This document shows positions 29,260-37,587 of a stretch of 64,000 nt of DNA, piece by piece. Source of the DNA: an uncultured Solirubrobacterales bacterium (lineage in GTDB: Bacteria > Actinomycetota > Thermoleophilia > Solirubrobacterales > Solirubrobacteraceae); assembly GCA_963845575.1 (NCBI GenBank), contig CAWJSN010000003.1, positions 24,067 through 88,066 of the forward strand, read 5' to 3'. The notes beneath the pieces were generated by a model. It made no database searches. It was not told where the DNA came from and saw nothing but the letters and a program-made list of their open reading frames with translations. Made by a program: the position numbers and the translations under genes. Every line of letters begins with the position of its first letter. Position 1 is the stretch's first letter.

Positions 29260-31767
29260 CTAGAGCGCCGGACCGCGGCTTTCCGGGATGGTCGCGATTT
29301 CGGCGGTGAGAGGCAGCGCCGCTGACGACGATCCGGCGAAGAGCTGAAACGTGCCGGGTTCGAGCTCCCACTGGCCGACTTCCACATTCCAATGCTCGAG
29401 CGCGCGTGGCCTGATGGTGACCGCCGCGATCACCTCCCCACCCGCATCCGCCGCAACGGCCGTGAAGCCCACGAGCCACCGGACCGGGCGCTCGACGGCG
29501 CTTCCCGGACGGCTCGCATACACCTGGACGATCTCCTTGCTACGTCTGGGACCCACGTTGCGAAGCACGATGTTGACCTGCAGGTCCGCGCCCGGCTCCG
29601 CCTCCTCCGGCGCGTGGATCGACAGGTATCGCCAGCTGGAGAAACCGAGACCGTGGCCAAATGGATACCTCGGGTTCCTGCCATCACGATCGTACCCGCG
29701 GTAGCCGATGAACAGCCCCTCGTCGTAGGGCTGCAGCCCATCACGCGGCCGGGGAGAAGGAAGGCCACCCTCGGACCGCGGCCACGTCGTCGGAAGGCGC
29801 CCTCCGGGCTCGGCTCGGCCAAGCAGGACATCGGCTAATGCATTCCCAAACTCCTGACCCGGAAACCAGGCGAGCAGGATGGCGGCTACGTCCTCGGACC
29901 ACGGCAGCAGCACTGGAGCGCCGGCGTTCACGACGACGACGGTCAACGGATTCGCCGCGGCGACGCGCTGCACGAGCTCGTCCTGCCGGCCGGGCAGCGC
30001 CAGCGAGCTCCGATCGAAGCCTTCGCTCTCGACCTCCGCGCTCGTACCGACGACGACGATTGCGACGTCGGCTTCCTGGGCGAGAGCCGCCGCGCGTTCG
30101 ATTTCCTCGTCGTCCGTGCGATGAGGCGGCTGGAGTCCGAGCTGGAAGGCCACGCCGGCTGCTCCGCCCACAGTCGGCGCGGATCCGACGACATGGGAAA
30201 GAACGACCTCTGACTTCTCTCCCCGGGCAAGATGCACCTCATGGCACGCCTGCGGCGGGACCACGAGGGCTTCCACGATGTCTGCACCCGCTCGAGGCTC
30301 CAGCTGCGTGTCGAGCACCTCTTTGCCGTCGAGCGACAAGCGATAGCGCCCGATCCCCGAAGCCGCGATCGTGTACGTCCCGGGGTCTGTGGCCCGGAAT
30401 ACGGCGTGCACCTCGATGCACTTAACCGGCGCGGTGTATGGGAAGGGGTTCAGCCAGTTGAACGCGCAGCCCAGGCGATGCTCGGACCCGAGCACAGTGC
30501 CGTCGCCGGCCAGAAAGCGCACTTCAACCCCGCTGGCGCCATCGGATCGATGAACCCAGGGAGCGCTTGCCACGGGGATGCGGCTGCTGGCCCGTGCGCC
30601 AACGCTGTGGCGGACCTCGACGGCGGGCCCGAGCGCCGCGCGCAGACCGTGCAGAGGCGACACAGCGTATTCCGGGAAGACCGTCGCGCTTCCGCCGCCC
30701 ATTGTCCGGGCCACGGCGGCGCTGGGGCCGACGACCGCGAGGCGCTTCACCTCCGAGCGGACGAGCGGAAGCGCCGAGCGCTCGTTCCGGACGAGCACAA
30801 AGCCGGCCGCAGCTGCTCGCCGTATCGTGTCTGCCACCCGGGCATCGTCAAAGTGCCGACTGGGAGGCGCCGGTGGTTCATCCATCGCCCCGACTCGGGC
30901 AGCGAAGCGCAGCAGCCGCACGACCTTGTCGTCTATCTCGGCGCCAGCGACCTCGCCATCGCGAACCGCACGCACGAGTGCGTCACCCCAGGGGCCATCT
31001 GGTCCGGGCATCACCAGGTCAAGCGCCGCATTGGCGGATGTTGCCGTTGACCGGGTTGCCGACCAGTCGGACATGACGAGCCCGTCGTAGTCCCACTCGT
31101 CGTGGAGTACGTCGCGAAGCAGTGGGCTCTCGGTCATCCGCTCACCGTTGACTGCGTTGTAGGCGGCCATCACAGACCAGGCTCCCCCGTCGCGAACGAT
31201 CGCCTCGAATGGCGCCAGGTACACCTCGTGCAAAGTCCGCTCATCCAGCTGCGCGTCCAGGGTCATGCGCTCGGTCTCGGAGTCGTTGGCAACGAAATGC
31301 TTGACAGTTGCCCCGACGCCGGCGCCCTGCAGACCGCGGACGTAGGCGACGCCGATCCGGGCCGTGAGCAGCGGATCCTCGCTGAAGCACTCGAAATGCC
31401 TCCCGCCGTACGGCGTCCGGTGAAGGTTCACCGTAGGGGCCAGCACGACATCGACGCCTTTGCGGCGCGCCTCAAACGCCAGCAGGCTTCCCAGTTCCTC
31501 AGCCAGTTCCTCGTCCCAGCTCGCCGCAATCGCGGTCGGAGATGGGAGATTGGCGGAGTGGTCCCGTTCGTCCCATGTCTCACCGCGCACGCCGGCCGGA
31601 CCATCGGAAAGAACCACGCGACGCAAGCCGATCGCCGGTTCGGGGTGAAGCGACCAGAAATCCGCGCCTGTGAGCAGGCACACCTTCTGCTCCAGCGAGA
31701 GCGTCGCCGCACGCGCGGCCAGATGCCGTTCGCCGATCGGCGTCGCGGGTTGGCCCAGCGGCGTCAC
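29260..31767 (-). CDS. GH3 beta-glucosidase with PA14 insert and Fn3-like C-terminus
   Basis: SDGPAGVRG, GRHFECFSEDP, KHFVAND, VMSDW, ESEGFDR, YPFGHGL. Confidence 0.95.
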   Translation of the reverse strand: MTPLGQPATPIGERHLAARAATLSLEQKVCLLTGADFWSLHPEPAIGLRRVVLSDGPAGVRGETWDERDHSANLPSPTAIAASWDEELAEELGSLLAFEARRKGVDVVLAPTVNLHRTPYGGRHFECFSEDPLLTARIGVAYVRGLQGAGVGATVKHFVANDSETERMTLDAQLDERTLHEVYLAPFEAIVRDGGAWSVMAAYNAVNGERMTESPLLRDVLHDEWDYDGLVMSDWSATRSTATSANAALDLVMPGPDGPWGDALVRAVRDGEVAGAEIDDKVVRLLRFAARVGAMDEPPAPPSRHFDDARVADTIRRAAAAGFVLVRNERSALPLVRSEVKRLAVVGPSAAVARTMGGGSATVFPEYAVSPLHGLRAALGPAVEVRHSVGARASSRIPVASAPWVHRSDGASGVEVRFLAGDGTVLGSEHRLGCAFNWLNPFPYTAPVKCIEVHAVFRATDPGTYTIAASGIGRYRLSLDGKEVLDTQLEPRAGADIVEALVVPPQACHEVHLARGEKSEVVLSHVVGSAPTVGGAAGVAFQLGLQPPHRTDDEEIERAAALAQEADVAIVVVGTSAEVESEGFDRSSLALPGRQDELVQRVAAANPLTVVVVNAGAPVLLPWSEDVAAILLAWFPGQEFGNALADVLLGRAEPGGRLPTTWPRSEGGLPSPRPRDGLQPYDEGLFIGYRGYDRDGRNPRYPFGHGLGFSSWRYLSIHAPEEAEPGADLQVNIVLRNVGPRRSKEIVQVYASRPGSAVERPVRWLVGFTAVAADAGGEVIAAVTIRPRALEHWNVEVGQWELEPGTFQLFAGSSSAALPLTAEIATIPESRGPAL

Positions 31768-31824
31768 GGACAGAGGCTACCCGGAAGCGCCCAGGCGTCG
31801 AACGGAGCCGGTTCAGGCCATGAC

Positions 31825-33018
31825 TCAAAGGCTGATGCGTCCATCCCAGCCCTGCTCGAGCGCGAACCGCGCACCGATCGTCCACGCCTGCACGTGGTTG
31901 GCGATCGGGACCGACGCGGGACCACCGGGGGTCACGGCGTAGAGCTCCGGCGAGTTTCCCAGCCGCTCGAGCGCGGTTAATACGCCCTGGCGTACCCGCT
32001 CGGCCTCCTCACTTCTGCCGGCGGCACGCAGACCACCCCACCCCAACCACGAATCGAACGGCCAGACGGCGCCGCGATGATATGCGGCCACGTCGAACTG
32101 CGGGTGCTCCGACGACAGGGTGCGCAGGCCGAAGTCAGTCAGCACGTCGGGCTGGCTCAGCCGTTCGGCGTAGGCCTCGCGCTGCCCCGTCGGTAGCGCA
32201 TCGGCCCACAACAGCCACCCCAACTGCGATCCCGCACCCGAGACACGCCGATCGCTCCGGTCAACGGCCATCGTGTCGGGCGTAAAGGCGCGAGCGATCC
32301 GGTCCGCTGTCTGCTCGGCCAGCGACAACCATCCCGTGTCCCCGGTGAGCCGGGCCGTAGCCCGCAAGGCTGCGACAGTCACCGCCTGCGTGTCCGCATC
32401 CGCGAGCGGCGGCTCGGGAATGCCACCGTCGGCATCGACGATCCCGCCGCCGTACGCGTGCCGCGGGTCGGAGGTATCGCGCCAGCCCTGCTGAGCCAGC
32501 CCGCCACGGCACTCCCGCGGCCCATGACGCACCAGGCCGTCGCCGCGCTCGAGCGCCCGCTTGACCCACGCGCTCGCGGCCCGCCAGTGGTGTGAAAGCT
32601 CATCCTCGAGTGCGGGATCGCCGAGCGCCGCCAGGACCACAAGGAACCAGGACGTTCCATCCGCCGAGCCGTAGTAGCGCAGTTGCCCACTGCGCACCGG
32701 CCAGCCCATCTGCTCAAACCTGGGGTCCGCCCGGGGACGGTACTCGTGCACGATCTTCCCCGGCTCCTCGTCTGCCCAGCTGTCAAAGCGCTGGCCCTGG
32801 AGCCCCGCCAGCGCGCGGAGCGTCGCACGGGCAACGTCCGGCTGAGCGGGCAGCACCTGCAGCGAGCTGATCAGGGAGTCACGCCCGAAAAGGGCATGAA
32901 ACCGACCAGGATCCTCTGCGTTGATCGACAGCGAAGATGCGTACGGCCACCCCTCGTCGGACAGGATCGAGCTGTCGAGCACCTGGTTTCGACTCATCCG
33001 GCTCATTCTGTCCAGCAT
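31825..33018 (-). CDS. amylo-alpha-1,6-glucosidase/debranching-like (alpha/alpha)6 glycosidase
   Basis: LFGRDSLI, EEPGKIVHE, YYGSADGT, QGWRD, YHRGAVWP. Confidence 0.85.
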   Translation of the reverse strand: MLDRMSRMSRNQVLDSSILSDEGWPYASSLSINAEDPGRFHALFGRDSLISSLQVLPAQPDVARATLRALAGLQGQRFDSWADEEPGKIVHEYRPRADPRFEQMGWPVRSGQLRYYGSADGTSWFLVVLAALGDPALEDELSHHWRAASAWVKRALERGDGLVRHGPRECRGGLAQQGWRDTSDPRHAYGGGIVDADGGIPEPPLADADTQAVTVAALRATARLTGDTGWLSLAEQTADRIARAFTPDTMAVDRSDRRVSGAGSQLGWLLWADALPTGQREAYAERLSQPDVLTDFGLRTLSSEHPQFDVAAYHRGAVWPFDSWLGWGGLRAAGRSEEAERVRQGVLTALERLGNSPELYAVTPGGPASVPIANHVQAWTIGARFALEQGWDGRISL

Positions 33019-33039
33019 TCCCGCCCTCCAGGCGCGACA

Positions 33040-33142
33040 ACCGCGCCCCCAAGGACCGGGACATCACGATGGTGTTCCAGAGCTACGCGCTCCATCACGA
33101 TGGTGTTCCAGAGCTACGCGCTCCACCCCGCATGACGGTCCG
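33040..33142 (+). pseudogene. remnant of a sugar ABC ATPase containing a 31-bp tandem duplication
   Basis: Reads APKDRDITMVFQSYAL..(P)HMTVR; catcacgatggtgttccagagctacgcgctc occurs twice (33062-33092, 33093-33123). Confidence 0.75.
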
Positions 33143-33241
33143 GGCGGGGGCACCCCGACGCCCAGCACGGGCGCGGGTCCCCGCCGACTTCACAGCAAAC
33201 TCAAATGGGCCGGCGCGCACCCGCCATAATGGCAAGCGCTG

Positions 33242-34111
33242 ATGCCCGAGCGGCACTCCACCGGAATGCCCGCTGTCGACGCGCAGCACGACTTCCTGCG
33301 CGCCCGACGTCGCGCCACCATGGCCCGAGTGGCCGCCCGTCTACGCGGGGAGCCCGACGACGTCCGGCAGATCCTCCCCTACGAGGAGGTCATCGAGGCG
33401 CTCGGTTTCGTCAGCGAGAAGCAAGTGGGACCGGCCGTCGTCGCCCTGGACGACATCGTCGGCACCGTCGATCGCCAACGGGAGTTTGATCGTCGCTTTC
33501 GCCCCACCACAGGACGGGTTCGCTCGCGCTGGGAGCACATTGCGGCGGCCATGCGCCGCGGCGAGGCCTTGCCGCCGGTCGACCTCTTGCGAATTGGGGA
33601 AATTTACTTCGTCCGCGATGGCCACCACCGGGTTTCGGTCGCTCGGGCTCTGGGCCACACCGACATCGACGCGTGCGTGACCGAGGTGATTACCAGGGTG
33701 GGTGCCCAGCACACCATCACCTACGCCGATCTACCCACCAAGAGCCTCGAGCGCGAGTTCTTCGAGCGGGTGCCATTGCCCGACGATGCCCGGTCGGGAA
33801 TCCAGGTCACGGACTCATGGGATTACGCTCGTTTGGCCGAGAACGTCGAGGCGTGGGGCTTTCGCACCAGCCAGGACCGAGGGGAGCACATCAGCCGCCG
33901 CGAGACCGCATTTCTGTGGCTGGAGACCGAGTACCGGCCCGTGATCGAGATGCTCCGCGACGCTCAGCTCATCGAGGGCCAGACCGAGACGGAGGCCTAC
34001 ATGCGGGTCAGCGGGGAGCGCTACCGGCTGCTGCGCACCCACCGCTGGGACGAGGACGTGATCCAGCGCGTGATCGAGGGCGAGTCCGAACGCCACCGTC
34101 GTCGGCGTTAA
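33242..34111 (+). CDS. ParB/Srx-like domain protein with C-terminal helical extension
   Basis: DDIVGTVDR..FDRRFRP..RWEHIA..LPPV..YFVRDGHHRVSVARA; CATAAT -10-like hexamer just upstream. Confidence 0.85.
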   Translation: MPERHSTGMPAVDAQHDFLRARRRATMARVAARLRGEPDDVRQILPYEEVIEALGFVSEKQVGPAVVALDDIVGTVDRQREFDRRFRPTTGRVRSRWEHIAAAMRRGEALPPVDLLRIGEIYFVRDGHHRVSVARALGHTDIDACVTEVITRVGAQHTITYADLPTKSLEREFFERVPLPDDARSGIQVTDSWDYARLAENVEAWGFRTSQDRGEHISRRETAFLWLETEYRPVIEMLRDAQLIEGQTETEAYMRVSGERYRLLRTHRWDEDVIQRVIEGESERHRRRR

Positions 34112-34117
34112 GCGGGT

Positions 34118-35146
34118 CTACCTCCACCACGCGCCGAGCACCCGGCGCCAGTTCCCCCAGGCGAGCTCCTCAAGCTCCTGGTTGTCAAAGCCCGCCGTGC
34201 TCAGCGCCTCGAGCAGCCGCGGGATCCCCGCGGCGTCGCCGAGCTCGTCGGGGATCGTCGCGCCGTCAAAATCCGAGCCTAGGGCGACGTGGCGGACGCC
34301 AATGCGCTCGGCCACGTAGCAGGCGTGTTCAACGATCACCGACAACGGCGTGTCGCCCGTGTCGGCGAAATCAGGACGCAGGAAGAGCGAGGCGAAGACG
34401 ATCCCCACGAGTCCGTCACTTTCGGCGATCGCATCCAATTGCCTGTCGGTCAGGTTCCGCGAGGCCGGGCAGAGCGCATGGGCGGCGGAGTGGGAGGCGA
34501 CCAGCGGCCCGAGCTCGGCTCCGGCGACATCCCAGAAGCCGGCCTCGTTGAGATGGCTCAGGTCAACCAGAATGCCCAACTCGGCGCACCGGGCGACCAG
34601 CGCATGTCCCGCTGGGGTCAGGCCGGGCCCGGTGTCCGGCGAACTCGGGAACACGAACGGCACCCCGTGGGCGAAGTCGTTGGGTCGGCTCCACACCGGG
34701 CCTAAGGAGCGCAGGCCCGCCGCGTACCAATGATCGAGCGCCTCAAGACCGGTGTCGATTGCTTCGGCCCCCTCGTGGTGAAGGACGGCCACCGGAGACG
34801 CAGCCTCGTCATCGGCGACCGCGTCGAGGTCCGCGACCGAGCGGGCGATGCGAATATGGCCGGCTCGCTCTAGGGCAGCCAATCGACCGGCCGTGCGGGT
34901 GGCAAACGCGGCGGCATCGCGGTAGCTCACCGGGGAGGCCATCTCTATCTCGATGACTCCGTCCTCACGCCGGACCGGATCCCAGTTCTCTTGCGCCGAT
35001 GGCGTGAAGACCGCAAAGATGCCCCCGCGTACTCCCCCTTCGCGCATGCGGGGAAGATCAAGGTGCCCGGCCGGCCGGCCCGTGGCGAAGTCGGCGTGAT
35101 CGTCCCGGGTGAGGGCATCGTTGTGTCCGTCAAACACCGCCAGCAC
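34118..35146 (-). CDS. membrane dipeptidase (peptidase M19)
   Basis: FDGHND, HEGAE, DLSHL, ASHS, RNLTD, GSDFDG. Confidence 0.92.
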   Translation of the reverse strand: MLAVFDGHNDALTRDDHADFATGRPAGHLDLPRMREGGVRGGIFAVFTPSAQENWDPVRREDGVIEIEMASPVSYRDAAAFATRTAGRLAALERAGHIRIARSVADLDAVADDEAASPVAVLHHEGAEAIDTGLEALDHWYAAGLRSLGPVWSRPNDFAHGVPFVFPSSPDTGPGLTPAGHALVARCAELGILVDLSHLNEAGFWDVAGAELGPLVASHSAAHALCPASRNLTDRQLDAIAESDGLVGIVFASLFLRPDFADTGDTPLSVIVEHACYVAERIGVRHVALGSDFDGATIPDELGDAAGIPRLLEALSTAGFDNQELEELAWGNWRRVLGAWWR

Positions 35147-35222
35147 GAGACCAACGTACCTATCGAGGCAGGCCGGTGAACCTACAGGCCCGTAGTTCGC
35201 CGTGATAGCGTTGCCGCGCCTG

Positions 35223-35874
35223 ATGACGCCGCGATCCCCCTCGGAGGCCGCCGCCAAGACTCGCCGACGGTATGCGCCGCGGATGGCGCCCGAGCTGCGC
35301 CGAGAGCAGCTGTTGAACGCCGCGCTGAGCGTGATCGTCGAGCAGGGCTACGAGGGCGTGTCGATCGAAGCCATCGCCCGCACCGCGGGTGTCACCCGGC
35401 CGGTCATCTACGACCACTTCCCCAACCTCGAGAGGTTGCTGCGGGCGCTCATCGAGCGCGAGGAAGAACACGCCTTGAAGCAGTTGGCCGCGGTCGTACC
35501 CGAGGCCCCGAGTGGCGTGGGTGAGCCGGCCGAACTGTTCGCCGCCGGTGTCCGGCGCTTCCTCGACGCGGTCCTCGCCCGCCCGGAGTCTTGGCGGATC
35601 ATCCTGCTGCCCCCCGAGGGGACGCCGGCCAACGTCCGGAATCAGGTGGAGAGAAACCGGGCCCTCATCCAGGGGCGGATCGCCACGATCGTCCGGTGGG
35701 CCATCGCGCGGTCGGACATCCCCGAGGATCTCGATGTCGAACTGTGCGCCCGCGCCATACGCAGTCTCAGCGAGGAAGCCGGACGGATGGTGCTGACAGA
35801 TCCCGAGGCCTTTTCCCCCCGAGCGCTATGAGCGCTTCGTCCTCGCGGTCATGAAGCTGATCTGGGCCCGGTAA
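35223..35874 (+). CDS. TetR-family regulator (frameshift in a C-run near 35820)
   Basis: GYEGVSIEAIARTAGVTRPVIYDHF. Confidence 0.9.
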
Positions 35875-36039
35875 ATCGACCGCTGGTCGAAACCGGCTGG
35901 TTAAACACGGCGGGGACCCGCTTCCAGGGTCCCCACCGCCGAGCCTCACCGAGCCTTGCCCACGGCCGGGTTGGACGCAACCCGGGAGGTCTACGCCCCG
36001 TCAAACCCGGCTCCGGGCCAAAAGTTGCGAGACTCGTGC

Positions 36040-37324
36040 ATGGGCTTAGATACCGGCGTGGGTCTCCAGCAGATAGGAACCAATTGGTCGGGCAACTACG
36101 CCTACCGGGCCACCCGCTTACACCACCCCCGGACACTGGCGGCTCTGCAGGAGCTGGTCCGCGGCGCTGACCGCATCCGCCCGCTGGGCACGCGGCATTC
36201 GTTCACGTCCATGGCTGACTCGGCCGAGCTCGTCTCGCTGAGCGAGCTGGAGGGGGTGATCACGGTCGACCAGGAGGCGGGGACGGTCTCGGTGCCGGCT
36301 GCCACCACCTACGCCACGCTGGCTGCGGTCCTCAACGACCAGGGCCTGGCGCTTCACAACCTGGCCTCGCTCCCACATATCTCGGTGGCCGGCGCGGTGG
36401 CCACCGCCACCCACGGCTCAGGGGACACCTACGGCAACCTGGCCACCGCGGTCACCGGGCTAGAACTCGTCCGCGCTGACGGCGAGGTGGTGTTCGTCGC
36501 GCGCGGTGAGGAGACCTTCGAAGGGCTCGTCGTGGGACTCGGCGCACTGGGCATCGTCACCCAGGTGGTGTTGGAGACTGAGCCCTTCTACACGGTGCGC
36601 CAGCGTGTCTACGAGAGTCTCTCCTGGGAGGCTCTTTCCGAGCATTACGACGAGATCACCGGCCAGGGTGAAAGCGTGAGCGTGTTTCACCGCTTCGGCC
36701 CGGCGACCGAGCAGGTCTGGGTCAAGCGCCGCGCAGGTCGAGGACGGGCTAGCACCGCCGGCCGAGGACCTGTTCGGAGCTCGCCCTGCCGGTGGGCCCC
36801 GCAACCCGGTACCGGGGAGCGATCCGGCCAACACCACCGAGCAACTCGATGTGCCCGGTCCGTGGTCAGAGCGACTGCCCCACTTTCGCAGTGGCTTCAC
36901 GCCGAGCGCCGGGGAGGAGATCCAGTCTGAGCTTTTTGTCGCGCGCGAGCAGGCCATGCCGGCGCTGGGAGCCCTGCGCCAGCTGGCCGAACGGATACGC
37001 CCGATCCTGTTGATCTGCGAGCTGCGCACCATGGCGGCGGATACGTTGTGGCTGAGTCCCCAGTACGGCCAGGACACGGCCGGTTTTCACTTCACCTGGA
37101 AGCGGCGTCCGGCCGAGGTCGAGCGCGTCATGGCGCTGATGGAGGCTGCCCTGAAACCCTTTGCCGCCCGACCTCACTGGGGCAAGGTGTTCACTGCGCG
37201 AGCTGCCGAGCTGGCCCGCGTTTACGAGCGTTTCGACGATTTCCGTCGCCTGCGTGACGAGCTCGATCCCCGCGGGGTATTCGTCAACCGCTGGCTCGAG
37301 GATTGCGTCCTGCGCACCGCCTGA
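36040..37324 (+). CDS. FAD-linked alditol/xylitol oxidase (ALO family; frameshift near 36740)
   Basis: NWSGNY, GTRHSF, NLASLPHISVAGAVATATHGSG, RPHWGK. Confidence 0.88.
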
Positions 37325-37373
37325 ACGGCGTCCGGCCTAACCCACCCGCCTTCTTATACTGGGGAGCCCCCAG

Positions 37374-37447
<74 letters not shown>

Positions 37448-37587
37448 TTCCGTAGCTGTCCCCAAGCGCGACCCCAACGCCGCGCTCGAGGAGTTCGGTG
37501 TCGAGCCGGTCACCTCCGGCGACATGTAGTGGGTAGATACGCGGCCGCGACAGCTTCCCGCCACGGCCGCGTTCTCTTCCCCGAGCG

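Noticed and set aside
33062-33125. 31-bp repeat as a mini-CRISPR
   Set aside because: Two adjacent copies with no spacer, derived from ABC-ATPase coding sequence; no cas genes.
33242-34111. Chromosome or plasmid partitioning locus
   Set aside because: No parA, parS-like palindrome or ParB HTH domain seen.
35960-36000. c-di-GMP-I riboswitch call
   Set aside because: Only GGACGCAA..GGTCTA resembles it and the P1/P2 hallmarks are absent; kept as an unassigned structured element.
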